Positions 35,891-46,130 of a stretch of 64,000 nt of DNA are shown here, in pieces. Both the position numbers and the translations under genes were made by a program. This DNA comes from Nitrospirota bacterium. Its GTDB lineage: Bacteria; Nitrospirota; UBA9217. The notes beneath the pieces were generated by a model that had not been told where the DNA came from, did no database searches, and worked only from the letters and a program-made list of their open reading frames with translations. Position 1 is the first letter of the stretch. Each line of letters starts with the position of its first letter. The DNA lies in assembly GCA_963663225.1 (NCBI GenBank), contig OY760142.1, positions 3,072,001 to 3,136,000 on the forward strand, read 5' to 3'.

Positions 35891-37105
35891 TTATTTACCC
35901 GCCAATGCACCCATCTGGAATATCGGCATGTACATGGCTACAATCACAAATCCAACTGTTATGCCCAAAAAAATCATAAGCATGGGTTCCAACAGAGAAG
36001 TAAGTGTCGCCACCGCGGAATCCACTTCATCATCATAAAAATCTGCAATCTTGTTTAGCATGTTATCCAAAGCTCCGGTTGCTTCTCCAACGGCAATCAT
36101 CTGGGTAACCATTGCAGGAAATATTTTTGACTTACCAAGTGGCTCTGCGAGCGTTTTACCTTCGCTTACGCTCTGTCTGGTGGAAACAATTGCATTCTCC
36201 ACAATTTTATTGCCTGCTGTCCGGGATACGATCAGCAATCCTTCGAGAATAGGTACACCACTCGTCATCAACGTGCCGAGCGTACGGGTAAATTTCGCCA
36301 CAGACACTTTCTGTATTAAATCACCAAAAACAGGCACTTTCAATGCAATACTATCCGTCATGATCAAACCTTTAGTTGTTTTTCTGAATTGTCTGAGTCC
36401 TACAAAAAAACCGATGATAGCTATCAATAAAGCAAGACCGCCCCATCCCTTGAGGAAATTACTGATGCCAATCACAATACGCGTGGGCAACGGCAAAGCC
36501 TGACCCATATCAGCAAACATGCCGGCCAGCATGGGAACCACTACGATCATAAGAAGCGTCACAACAGCCACTGCGACAAATAAAATGACCGCAGGATAGA
36601 TCATTGCCGACTTTACCTGGCTTTTTATCTTGGCGAATTTTTCCATATACGCTGCAAGCCGCTGCAAAATGGTATCAAGAATACCACCGGCCTCGCCTGC
36701 TGCAACCATGTTAACATAAAGATTGTCAAATACTTTGGGATGTTTTTTGAGTGCCTCTGCAAAAGTGGCACCGCTCTCAACGTCTGACCTGACTTGAGTA
36801 ATGACTTTTGCAAGTGCCTTACTATCGGTCTGGCTGCCCAGAATATCAAGGCATTGCACGAGCGGCAAGCCTGCATCAATCATAGTGGCAAGCTGACGGG
36901 TAAGAATTACTACATCTTTGTCGGTAACTTTCTTTTCGCCGAATTTTAATTTAAGTTCCTTTGGTTTGGCAGCCACATTGATTGGCAGAATGTTCTGCTT
37001 GCGAAGGAGGGCGATAACATCTTCTTTGCTGTTTGCCGCAAGCTCGCCTTTTTGCACCGTACCCTGGCGTGTTTTTCCTTCCCATATATATACACTTGTA
37101 GCCAT
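35891..37105 (-). CDS. pilC: Type IV pilus inner-membrane platform protein
   Basis: RQLATMIDAGLP, AGEAGGILD, AMIYP, AMYMPIF. Confidence 0.95.
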   Translation of the reverse strand: MATSVYIWEGKTRQGTVQKGELAANSKEDVIALLRKQNILPINVAAKPKELKLKFGEKKVTDKDVVILTRQLATMIDAGLPLVQCLDILGSQTDSKALAKVITQVRSDVESGATFAEALKKHPKVFDNLYVNMVAAGEAGGILDTILQRLAAYMEKFAKIKSQVKSAMIYPAVILFVAVAVVTLLMIVVVPMLAGMFADMGQALPLPTRIVIGISNFLKGWGGLALLIAIIGFFVGLRQFRKTTKGLIMTDSIALKVPVFGDLIQKVSVAKFTRTLGTLMTSGVPILEGLLIVSRTAGNKIVENAIVSTRQSVSEGKTLAEPLGKSKIFPAMVTQMIAVGEATGALDNMLNKIADFYDDEVDSAVATLTSLLEPMLMIFLGITVGFVIVAMYMPIFQMGALAGK

Positions 37106-37164
37106 TTATTACCTCCGTCAGATGATCAGCTGAATACTGTCATGGCTTTTCAAGACTTTTTATG

Positions 37165-38268
37165 CTAGCGATATTCCTTCTGAGCGGTCTGTCCAGCTGC
37201 GAGCCCGGAGCGTCCAAGTATCTGAAGAAGTTCATCGACATTTGAAGACCGTCCGACACAATCTTCATACGAAATCATTTTTTTGAGGTAGAGATCATAG
37301 AGCGATTGGTTCAGTGTTTGCATGCCGAATTTTGCCTGACCTGTCTGCATACTGGAATAAATTTGCTGAATTTTATCTTCCCGGATCAGATTGCGGATTG
37401 CGGCATTCGGAATCATAATTTCGAGCGCAACCACTCTGCCGCCGCCTATTTTTGTGATAAGCTGCTGGGAAATGACGCCTTCAAGCACAAAAGAAAGCTG
37501 CGCTCTGACCTGAGATTGCTGGTGCGGTGGGAACACATCGATAATGCGGTTCATAGTTTGGGCGGCAGAATTCGTATGCAGCGTTGCAAAGGTAAGGTGG
37601 CCAGTTTCGGCGATAGTCAACGCCGCTTCAATGGTTTCCAAATCCCGCATTTCGCCCACCAGCACTACATCGGGATCCTGTCGAAGAATATATTTCAGTG
37701 CATCTTTAAATGACTTGGTATCTGCGTTTACCTCGCGCTGATTAACCAGACATTTTTTGTGGGGATGAAGATATTCAATGGGGTCTTCTATCGTTATGAT
37801 ATGCTCCTGGCGTTCGCTGTTGATTTTGTCAATCATCGATGCAAGCGTGGTTGATTTTCCGCTGCCGGTCGGGCCGGTGACCAGGATCAATCCCCGGGGT
37901 TTTTTGCAGAGATCAGAAACTACTTCCGGAAGGCCCAATTCATGGAATGTTCTGATTTTGAATGGAATCGTCCTGATGGCGGCAGCGACAGCGCCGCGTT
38001 GTACAAATATGTTCGCGCGAAATCGGGACAGGTTTTTAACGCCAAAAGAAAGATCAAGTTCATTGTTTTCTTCGAATTTATGTTTTTGCGCGTCGGTAAG
38101 AATGCTGTAGCAAAGGTCTTTGGTTTGGGTGGCAGTGAGAGGTTCTAATCCGGGCACCGGCTTCATTTTGCCGTCGATGCGTATTGACGGCGCAATGCCG
38201 GTGGTAATATGCAGATCTGAAGCACCTTTTTCTATCATATACTTGAGCAGGTCGTGCAAATTTGCCAT
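37165..38268 (-). CDS. pilT: Type IV pilus retraction ATPase
   Basis: GPTGSGKSTT, LRQDPDVVLVGEMRD, AIRNLIRE. Confidence 0.96.
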   Translation of the reverse strand: MANLHDLLKYMIEKGASDLHITTGIAPSIRIDGKMKPVPGLEPLTATQTKDLCYSILTDAQKHKFEENNELDLSFGVKNLSRFRANIFVQRGAVAAAIRTIPFKIRTFHELGLPEVVSDLCKKPRGLILVTGPTGSGKSTTLASMIDKINSERQEHIITIEDPIEYLHPHKKCLVNQREVNADTKSFKDALKYILRQDPDVVLVGEMRDLETIEAALTIAETGHLTFATLHTNSAAQTMNRIIDVFPPHQQSQVRAQLSFVLEGVISQQLITKIGGGRVVALEIMIPNAAIRNLIREDKIQQIYSSMQTGQAKFGMQTLNQSLYDLYLKKMISYEDCVGRSSNVDELLQILGRSGLAAGQTAQKEYR

Positions 38269-38322
38269 ATCTGTGGCCCCTTCATAACTTGAAATAGATA
38301 ACTATATACTGTACTGCCAGCG

Positions 38323-40164
38323 CTAATTATCCGGAAAAGTATTTTCTACAACTTCTTCAAGCGAGGTAAGACCGGCTTTTACTTTCAGAAGTCCGCTTTT
38401 CCGGAGCGTTTTCATGCCAAGACTTACTGAAAGCTTTTTAATATCCATTACTGAAGCACCTTGCAAAATCAGCTCTTTTATTTCATCCTTGACCGGCATC
38501 ACCTCATAGAGCGCCACCCTGCCCTTATAGCCGGTCTGGTTGCAGACTTCGCAGCCCGAGCCTTTATAGCTTACAACCCCGGTTGCTTCTTCCGGTGTGA
38601 ATCCGGCATCGATAAACGTCTGGGCCGGCAATTTTTCCGGTTTTTTGCAGTTCTGGCATGTTTTTCGCACAAGCCGTTGTGCCATGATGCAGATGACAGC
38701 GGATGAAACGAGGAAAGGCTCCACTCCCATATTCAGGAGCCGGTTGATGGTACTCGGGGCATCATTCGTGTGCAATGTGGAAAGCACCAGATGGCCGGTA
38801 AGCGCCGCCTTGACGCCGATTTCTGCCGTTTCATAGTCGCGGATTTCACCCACCATGATGATGTCCGGATCCTGCCGCAGAAAAGATCGGAGCGCAGCCG
38901 CAAAATTGAGACCGATTTCATCCTTCATCTGCACCTGGTTGATGCCCATCAGGTTGAATTCGACGGGATCTTCTGCAGTCATAAGATTCACGTCATCTTT
39001 ATTCAGCTCGGAAAGCGCCGAGTACAGTGTGGTGGTTTTTCCGCTTCCGGTCGGCCCCGTAACCAGAACCATTCCAAACGGTTTATTGATGGCATCTTTA
39101 AAATCCTTGAGCTGGTCCGGATCAAAACCAAGCTTGGTCATATCGAGCTGGAGATTGGATTTGTCAAGAAGCCGCAGGACGATTTTTTCACCAAACAGCG
39201 TGGGAAGCACGGAAACACGGAAATCCATTGTTTTCGACTTCCCCATTTTCAGTTTGATTCTGCCGTCCTGGGGAAGCCGCCGTTCGGCGATATCAAGCTG
39301 AGACATGATCTTGACGCGGGATATGATGGCATTCTTGATTTTCATGGGCAATCCCATGACCGTTGTGAGAACGCCGTCAAGCCGGTACCGGACCCTGAAT
39401 TTCTTTTCGTAGGGCTCGATGTGAATATCGCTCACACCCATTTTAGCCGCCCGGAGCAAAACACCATTGACCAGTTTCACAATAGGAGCTTCGACTTCCC
39501 CTGACAGGGCATCAAGTTTTTCATCCTCGACGACTTCCAAATCTTCAACCGCGCCGTGTACCAGGTCATCGAAATCGTCCACATCCACTACGCCGCCGGT
39601 GTCTATGTCGTCGATAAATTCATTTCCCATCTGGGATTCATCAAGTTCATAGTCCTTCACATCCACAGCAAGCTTCTGGTCCTGTTTCGAAGTCGGCAGC
39701 GAGCCTCCCGCCTTCGACGCAACAAGAGATTTCGCACCGCCGTAATATTTTTTGATCGCATCAATAATGGCGCCTTCTGTGGCCACTACTGCTTCCACAT
39801 TGTATCCGGTCATGAACTTGATGTCGTCGATTGCGAATATATTGGAAGGGTCCACCATGGCGATCGTAATGGTGGAGCCTGCTCTATTGATGGGCATAAT
39901 GCGGTATTTTTGTGCAACTTCGGTGGGAATATGCTTGATAACGGCCGGGTTAATTTCAAATTTGTTCAGGTCAACATAGGGAACGCCATACTGCTTGCTC
40001 AAAAACGTCATCAGTTTATCTTCTTGCACAAAGCCAAGCTTTACCAGAATGGTGCCAAGCCTGCCGCCCTCGCTTTTCTGTGAGGACAATGCTTTTTTCA
40101 ACTGATCATCAGTAATGAGGCCCGATGATACGAGCATCGAACCAAGTCTTCCTGACATTGACAT
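38323..40164 (-). CDS. pilB: Type IV-A pilus assembly ATPase
   Basis: N-terminal RLGSML (MshEN-like), SDIHIEP, ERRLPQDG, GPTGSGKT, tetracysteine motif. Confidence 0.96.
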   Translation of the reverse strand: MSMSGRLGSMLVSSGLITDDQLKKALSSQKSEGGRLGTILVKLGFVQEDKLMTFLSKQYGVPYVDLNKFEINPAVIKHIPTEVAQKYRIMPINRAGSTITIAMVDPSNIFAIDDIKFMTGYNVEAVVATEGAIIDAIKKYYGGAKSLVASKAGGSLPTSKQDQKLAVDVKDYELDESQMGNEFIDDIDTGGVVDVDDFDDLVHGAVEDLEVVEDEKLDALSGEVEAPIVKLVNGVLLRAAKMGVSDIHIEPYEKKFRVRYRLDGVLTTVMGLPMKIKNAIISRVKIMSQLDIAERRLPQDGRIKLKMGKSKTMDFRVSVLPTLFGEKIVLRLLDKSNLQLDMTKLGFDPDQLKDFKDAINKPFGMVLVTGPTGSGKTTTLYSALSELNKDDVNLMTAEDPVEFNLMGINQVQMKDEIGLNFAAALRSFLRQDPDIIMVGEIRDYETAEIGVKAALTGHLVLSTLHTNDAPSTINRLLNMGVEPFLVSSAVICIMAQRLVRKTCQNCKKPEKLPAQTFIDAGFTPEEATGVVSYKGSGCEVCNQTGYKGRVALYEVMPVKDEIKELILQGASVMDIKKLSVSLGMKTLRKSGLLKVKAGLTSLEEVVENTFPDN

Positions 40165-40206
40165 ATAAGAGCTCCTTCTTTCTATAAGAGAAGACGTATC
40201 TTGTTC

Positions 40207-40235
40207 ATATTACTTGAATATTATATCGCTGTCAA
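40207..40235 (-). promoter_or_regulatory. Sigma70 promoter of the pilB operon
   Basis: TTGACA-N17-TAATAT on the - strand. Confidence 0.65.
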
Positions 40236-40275
40236 GATGTCACGCAGGTTCTTTTCGGGTGTTTTGTGACGTACG

Positions 40276-41121
40276 TCACTTCATCTGGCCTGCTAGCGCA
40301 CTTTTCATGACCGACACGGGCGCTTTCCTGCCTGTCCATATCTCGAAGGCAATCACTCCCTGATATAAAAGCATTCCAATCCCGGAAAGTCTTCCGGCAC
40401 CACGAATCTTCGCTTCTTTCAAAAGCCTCGTTTCAACAGGATTATAGACAAGATCACAGACAAGATGTTTCTTCTGAATATGATCCTTGTGGATGGGCAA
40501 GGGGTCTGTCATTTTCAAACCAAGCGGAGTGGCATTAATAATACAGTCGGCCTCTTTCGCGTGCAATGCCAGCATGGTATCGGAAATTGACATCGTATCA
40601 ACGCCGGTCCCCTTCCGGATATCGCGGGCAAGGGCTTCCGCCCTTTTTGAATCTATATCTCTCAACACGATTTTTTTCGCGCAGGCAAGTGCCAGACTGA
40701 AGGCCACGGCACGGGCCGCCCCGCCGGACCCGATAAAAAGAAATGTTTTCCCTTTCGGATTGAATCGTGCATCTTCTTTCAGAGACCGCAAAAAACCCCT
40801 GCCGTCCGTATTGTGTCCGATCAGCTTCCCACCTTTTACTTCTATCGTGTTCACTGCCTTGATTAGTTGTGCCTCCTGTGAGAGTTCATCAAGATGTGCA
40901 ATAACACGCTCTTTATGAGGCACGGTTATGTTCAGTCCCCGGACACCAAGCGACACGACAGATCTCATCGCGTTCTTTAAATGTTCCGGCTTCACCGCGA
41001 ACGGCACGTAGCACGCATCGAGACGGAGTTTTTCGAATGCTGCGTTGTGCATCTCCGGCGAAAACGTGTGCTCTACCGGATACCCGAAGATTCCATACAG
41101 GGCTGTTGTTCCGGATATCAT
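40276..41121 (-). CDS. aroE: Shikimate dehydrogenase
   Basis: HTFSPEMHN, NITVPHK, AVNT, HNTDG, GSGGAAR. Confidence 0.95.
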   Translation of the reverse strand: MISGTTALYGIFGYPVEHTFSPEMHNAAFEKLRLDACYVPFAVKPEHLKNAMRSVVSLGVRGLNITVPHKERVIAHLDELSQEAQLIKAVNTIEVKGGKLIGHNTDGRGFLRSLKEDARFNPKGKTFLFIGSGGAARAVAFSLALACAKKIVLRDIDSKRAEALARDIRKGTGVDTMSISDTMLALHAKEADCIINATPLGLKMTDPLPIHKDHIQKKHLVCDLVYNPVETRLLKEAKIRGAGRLSGIGMLLYQGVIAFEIWTGRKAPVSVMKSALAGQMK

Positions 41122-42413
41122 GATCGTTGTCCTCCCAGGCTGCGCAACAACGTTATCATATGGCTGTATCCATCCACCTTCACAACCCTCGTTGCAAGCC
41201 GTTGTGATAAAAGATCAAGGCTCATGCCATCAAGAAAAATATCTTCATCTTCCTTGAGTGCCTCCGAAGGAACCATAACCAGGCCACCCAGTTGTTTTCC
41301 TTTCAAAGTTCGAAGGATGTCCTGTCCCGTCAGAAGTCCTGCGACCGTCACCGACGGACCGAAAAAACCGTTCGGCACAACGATCTGCCTGACAGCAGCG
41401 CCCTTGATATTCCGTAACCGTTTTAAAACTGTTTTGAGTATGGTGCCGAAAGACACACTGGTTACTACCGAAGCCTTTAGGGGCGGCAGCATCTTCGGCA
41501 ATCTGGTACGGGACACTTCACGCAAGAAACCTGCGACCATCCCCACACCGTTCTCAATCTGGGGAAAATCTTCATAAAACGATGCGGAAGGTACGGGCTC
41601 TCCTGCCTTCAGATAAAACTCATCAGCCGGAAAAACAAGCCGGGTCCCATATACCTTTTTGAAGCGCGTCCCGATCGGAATGATGTTTTTCAGAATTTCG
41701 CGGGCTTCCGGTCTGGTAAATGTCCGAAGTTGAAAAAGCTTCCTTCTGAAAGCAGTAAGTCCGACCGGCACCACCGCGATGGAAGAAACGGCCGGAAACA
41801 GACTGGACAAGTCCTCGATCGTCTTGAGCAGGTGGCGTCCGTCGTTGATGCCGGGACAGAGCACAATCTGCGTATGCATCCGGATACCGCCCGCGGCCAA
41901 ACGGTGCAGACATGACATAATATCGGGGGCATTTTTATTGCCGAGCATGAACGACCGGAGTTGTGGATCCGTCGTATGGATGGAAATATAAAGCGGCGTC
42001 AACCGAAGACGAAAAATTCGCTCCCAATCTTCCTCGGAAAGTGCACTTAACGTAATATAATTGCCGTACAGAAAAGAAGCGCGGTAGTCCTCGTCTTTAA
42101 CATACAGACTCTTACGGCAGCCCTTGGGCATTTGATCGACAAAACAGAAAATGCAACGGTTTTTACACCGTTTCATGCGAAAGGAAGTGCATTCAATCCC
42201 GATGTCGTCATCGGGATCTTTGTGAATGGAAAGAAACCTGGTCTCGCCATCGGGACGGCGAACCTGAAGCGCCACCTGTTCATCAGCGGCTAAAAAACGG
42301 TAATCAATGACGTCATCAACGTTCTGGCCATTGACCGAAACAATGCTGTCCCCTCTGTGCAGCCCCAAACCGGCGGCAATGCTGCCGGGCAGGATGTCTG
42401 CGATTTCGAGCAA
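41118..42413 (-). CDS. PDZ + DUF512 radical-SAM-like Fe-S protein
   Basis: N-terminal PDZ, CKNRCIFCF, SLYVKDEDYR, QIENGVG, VAGLLTG. Confidence 0.9.
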   Translation of the reverse strand: MLEIADILPGSIAAGLGLHRGDSIVSVNGQNVDDVIDYRFLAADEQVALQVRRPDGETRFLSIHKDPDDDIGIECTSFRMKRCKNRCIFCFVDQMPKGCRKSLYVKDEDYRASFLYGNYITLSALSEEDWERIFRLRLTPLYISIHTTDPQLRSFMLGNKNAPDIMSCLHRLAAGGIRMHTQIVLCPGINDGRHLLKTIEDLSSLFPAVSSIAVVPVGLTAFRRKLFQLRTFTRPEAREILKNIIPIGTRFKKVYGTRLVFPADEFYLKAGEPVPSASFYEDFPQIENGVGMVAGFLREVSRTRLPKMLPPLKASVVTSVSFGTILKTVLKRLRNIKGAAVRQIVVPNGFFGPSVTVAGLLTGQDILRTLKGKQLGGLVMVPSEALKEDEDIFLDGMSLDLLSQRLATRVVKVDGYSHMITLLRSLGGQRS

Positions 42414-42848
42414 TCAGGCGCTCCTCTTGGAGGCGAACATGAAGTCAACGTATCCTGTTATCTGCACCCGTGCTTCATCAGATACCTGCCGGAATTTTCT
42501 GAGCATCATGATTTCGTCAATGCTCAAAATCTTTTCCAGATAATTGATCTGCTCTTCAGAAAGAGGGTATTTTCGTTTGCCCCGTTTGATCTTGGCCTGC
42601 GAAGGGGAAAGAAAGAATCCCTTGACCTCGTCAGGCACCTTTTCCTGATGTGCCGCGAGAATGAGAACGGATTTATCAAGCCCGAGTTTGGTTGCAATCA
42701 TGATCAGCGTTTTGTCTTTTGGTATATGTCCCTTATTGATGGTAACCCGAAGAAGTTCCGGACTGATCCCGAGGACCTTGGATGCATCTTTAAGGTTTTT
42801 AAATCCCTTTTTCTCCAGCGCTTGCCTGATCATTTCTGATATTTTCAT
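42414..42848 (-). CDS. Putative XRE/Cro-like HTH protein
   Basis: NLKDASKVLGISPELLR HTH-like segment; GGAGG RBS. Confidence 0.65.
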   Translation of the reverse strand: MKISEMIRQALEKKGFKNLKDASKVLGISPELLRVTINKGHIPKDKTLIMIATKLGLDKSVLILAAHQEKVPDEVKGFFLSPSQAKIKRGKRKYPLSEEQINYLEKILSIDEIMMLRKFRQVSDEARVQITGYVDFMFASKRSA

Positions 42849-42952
42849 TTGCGGCCTCCAAGAGAAATAACATTCTAAAATTGTGTCTCATAGCATACAT
42901 ACAACGAGGAGTGATCATTAATTGTCACAATAAAAACAGTATTTTGTTCTTT

Positions 42953-43510
42953 TCAGTCAGTTTTTCCAGATGTATTCTGCTGATCATTTCCAACAATCTT
43001 TGCACCCCGCGCAATATATTGGATACCGGACGCTACCGTGAAGCCTGCTGTTACCCAATATAACAGCTGCATCCAGGGGGTTTTAATTCCGTAAATTCTC
43101 AGAATAAGCGAAAGCGTCACGGTAAGAAGCTGGAAAACAGTTGTTGCTTTGCCTGCGATAGAGGGTTGGGCCTTGAACTCATGCCCCATGTAATAGATTA
43201 CGATGCTGCCGAGCACGAGGATCACGTCCCGGCTTACGACGACCATAACAAGCCATACCGGCAAAATTCCGTTCAACACAAGGGTAACGAACGCAGAAAC
43301 GATCAGGAGCTTATCGGCAATCGGATCGAGAAAAGCCCCCAAATCCGTTTTTTTATTGGTAAGCCGCGCAATCATGCCGTCCAAAGCGTCCGTTACACAG
43401 GCAAGCAAAAAAACAGCGGTTGCAATACGGTAATGATGGTAAATCATCAAACCAATAAAAAAAGGCGCAATTACGATGCGTACCAGGGTAATGAAATTCG
43501 GAAGGTTCAT
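42953..43510 (-). CDS. CDP-alcohol phosphatidyltransferase (PgsA-like)
   Basis: NLPNFIT, TDALDGMIAR...GAFLDPIADK. Confidence 0.92.
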   Translation of the reverse strand: MNLPNFITLVRIVIAPFFIGLMIYHHYRIATAVFLLACVTDALDGMIARLTNKKTDLGAFLDPIADKLLIVSAFVTLVLNGILPVWLVMVVVSRDVILVLGSIVIYYMGHEFKAQPSIAGKATTVFQLLTVTLSLILRIYGIKTPWMQLLYWVTAGFTVASGIQYIARGAKIVGNDQQNTSGKTD

Positions 43511-43548
43511 GAACACTCCGCTGCAGGCTTTATTAAAACATCTTTTTA

Positions 43549-43577
43549 ATATTAACCATACTTATTTTGGTTGTCAA
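43549..43577 (-). promoter_or_regulatory. Sigma70 promoter of the pgsA-like gene
   Basis: TTGACA-N17-TAATAT on the - strand. Confidence 0.6.
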
Positions 43578-44081
43578 CCTTTTTCTTTTTGTTTTTATTG
43601 TATAAGATATATTTTTTATGATTTAAAGTAGCACTATGGTAGGACATACCAGCAAAAAAAAATTGGAACTGGGCAATTTAACAGATGGCTATGGCTCAGT
43701 CATATTATAACAACATATTGTTTTATAACAACTAAATAAACAAATAATTCTTACGCAGCCTTTTCAACACAAAACAAGTATTTTTTTTACTACAAAAAAA
43801 TAGCAAAAAGTTGCTCTTTAACAAAAACAAATATTTATTGTTGAATGAGTAATTGTCCCCTCTTGTAGAGGTTTGAGGACAACTACCAAGAGATAATGTG
43901 CTTTTACATTTTTTGATAATTACAACAGAGAATCTGCATTATATAGGTAGGAAGACAAACAACTGCAGATAAGCGCCTGGCATGCCGGGGAAAAGTTTCT
44001 TAATCTACCTATCTGTAACACCTACAATCCAAGCGTTAGCAAATCGTCAACAGCATAGCAGAATACCAGTTGTCTCTCACA

Positions 44082-44139
44082 CATGAACACGCAGGTGAGG
44101 AGCGTGTCTTTCGCGACTCACTCGACCCGGTCGTTGGTT
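44082..44139 (-). mobile_element. Integron attC site (58 bp)
   Basis: - strand reads AACCAAC-GACCG-GGTCGAG...CTCACC-TGCGT-GTTCATG: R'' and R' boxes, L boxes with one extra base, just downstream of a co-oriented gene. Confidence 0.75.
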
Positions 44140-44178
44140 TGTTGTCCGTTTATCTACTATGGTTTATTTGTCACGCTC

Positions 44179-44550
44179 TCAGGTGCTTGGCTTGATATCT
44201 TTCCGCTTTATCCTTCTCATTATGAATCCAGCAACAATACTGACTATGATCAGCAGAACGAGCAAATAACTGACAACAACATAAATTTTCCCGGCCTCTA
44301 TTACGATGTCGCGACCGACATAAGGATCGAGAATTTCTTCTATTAATCCGTAAAAATAGAATGCAGCAATCGCTCCGGGTAACCATAATAGACGCGGTTT
44401 ATAACGCGCAGACAAGAAACATAAAACAGCACCTGCGAAGCCCCATATCAAGTTGGTTAATAATGTTGGTTCCTTATCCATAACTTCGGCTTGTGCAGGG
44501 CTGGACAATGCAAGGAGACAAACAAATATTTGGAGGTAAACAGTTCTCAT
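44179..44550 (-). CDS. Integron-cassette membrane protein (signal peptide + ~3 TM)
   Basis: Signal ending PAQA|EVMDKEP; flanked by GTTGGTT upstream and attC downstream. Confidence 0.75.
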   Translation of the reverse strand: MRTVYLQIFVCLLALSSPAQAEVMDKEPTLLTNLIWGFAGAVLCFLSARYKPRLLWLPGAIAAFYFYGLIEEILDPYVGRDIVIEAGKIYVVVSYLLVLLIIVSIVAGFIMRRIKRKDIKPST

Positions 44551-44559
44551 TTTTTTCAA

Positions 44560-44647
44560 AACCAACCAGTCATTGAGCAGACCCCGTATGTTAACGCGCA
44601 TATCTACGGGGTCTATTTAACACTGCAAAATGTGTGCATAGTTAGGT
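44560..44647 (-). mobile_element. Atypical attC-like site
   Basis: - strand ACCTAAC ... GTTGGTT enclosing AGACCCCGTA/TACGGGGTCT inverted repeat; R''-L'' spacer longer than canonical. Confidence 0.5.
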
Positions 44648-44813
44648 GGTATAGACTTCTGATTAATTTATTGCAAGATTATGTTACGAATATAGGCTTT
44701 CTACTGTTCTCTGCCAACGATGTTGAGACAGCTTTTCAGGAAGTGTTTTCAGTTTCGGGATGAAACATACAATCCGGTGTAGCTGATTAAAACAAGAAGT
44801 ACAGGAAGCATTC

Positions 44814-45239
44814 TTATGGCGTTATCACTATATCATCTGCAATAGGAAGTAGTTCACCTTCCTTTAATTTCATCGGCGGTCGTGGAAGGTGAGCTTCTCT
44901 AAAATGCTGAGCAAAGCAACGTGATACAGCTGTACTTGGCTCAACCTCGACAGAAGAAACCACTCCAGATGCCGACACATCAGCGACAAACGTGAATCTG
45001 CCAAGATTGGCAGATTCGGATGAGCCTATCGGGATACATGTATGAAGGATTGTACCCATGACCTCTCCCCAGGATGCTTCATATTGCTGTCCCTCTGGAC
45101 TTCCCAATGCCTGTTTTCCAGCCTTGGCTCGAGCAGCAAAATCACTGGCATAAACCGTCCCAACAAAGAAAATAATTGATACCAATAAACATCCAATACA
45201 CTTCGGCCAATAATCGAATCGATTGTCTCGGCATTTCAT
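44814..45239 (-). CDS. Exported hypothetical protein (possible TonB-C-like fold)
   Basis: GGAGG RBS; signal ending VYA; two Cys in the mature part; C-terminal LPRPP. Confidence 0.65.
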   Translation of the reverse strand: MKCRDNRFDYWPKCIGCLLVSIIFFVGTVYASDFAARAKAGKQALGSPEGQQYEASWGEVMGTILHTCIPIGSSESANLGRFTFVADVSASGVVSSVEVEPSTAVSRCFAQHFREAHLPRPPMKLKEGELLPIADDIVITP

Positions 45240-45419
45240 AACAATACCTCCTATATAGGCTTGTGTATCTTTCAAGCGATCTTGCTTTTGAACATCGCAT
45301 CGGTGAACGATACATCATCAAGAATACACGATGCGTTCAACAATACAACATCAAAACTGCATACTCGCTTTCATCACGAGGTGTGCAGAAATCAGGAAGG
45401 AACAAATCAAGGCTTCTTT

Positions 45420-46034
45420 TTACTTATGTTTGATTTTAATGGATCTCTCCCTAGTGTCCTCACCTGATAATTCTTTATAAAGACTATACTTATAAAACAG
45501 TTTCTCTTTTTCAGTGTCGAGCCTTGTTATAATAAAACCCGGCCCAGGGTTACTCGTTGTAAATTTTTTTCCCGATGGAACAATTTGTTTATAACTCCTC
45601 CTGACTAAATCAAGTTCATAAATGACTCCAGAACCATATATACCTGATGTAGCGATATACAGTGTCATACCATCGGGTCCCCAAGCATAACTTGTAACAT
45701 CTGAAGCCCATACGGGATCCTGCCACATCCTGTTCCCGAGCGACCAAATTTTATAAAAGCTATTTTTCTCAGATTCTGACAACTTGCGCACAAAATCGGT
45801 CGGACTTGGTGCTTCCATATGTCCATAATAAACTAGTCCGGCATAATTACCCACAGCATCTTCGCAAAAAAGTATAATTGCCATCGGTCCACTCGGTTGC
45901 TGATGCAAGCCTTGCTTACAACCGTCTTTTTCTAGTATCCACATTTGAGCGGTTGGTGTTTCACTTTTAGCAGCGTTAGAAAAGAGCATAGTTGCTAATA
46001 TGAAGAAAAACGATAATATTGCTATTTTAGGCAT
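45420..46034 (-). CDS. Exported hypothetical protein
   Basis: GAGG RBS; Sec signal; beta-rich C-terminus (YAWGPDG..LYIAT). Confidence 0.7.
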   Translation of the reverse strand: MPKIAILSFFFILATMLFSNAAKSETPTAQMWILEKDGCKQGLHQQPSGPMAIILFCEDAVGNYAGLVYYGHMEAPSPTDFVRKLSESEKNSFYKIWSLGNRMWQDPVWASDVTSYAWGPDGMTLYIATSGIYGSGVIYELDLVRRSYKQIVPSGKKFTTSNPGPGFIITRLDTEKEKLFYKYSLYKELSGEDTRERSIKIKHK

Positions 46035-46130
46035 CTATTTTGTCCTCTAATTCCAGTAGTACTATGCAATCCAGCACACCCGGACATTTTGCAACCTTCA
46101 GGAAGACTTCTTTATATTTGACTCGCCACG

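Noticed and set aside
44012-44040. TAAC...CAAGCGTTAGC resembling another attC/attI end
   Set aside because: Too short and has no L-box stem
44660-44692. TTATGTTAC resembling a XerD arm of dif
   Set aside because: No XerC arm at the 6-bp spacing
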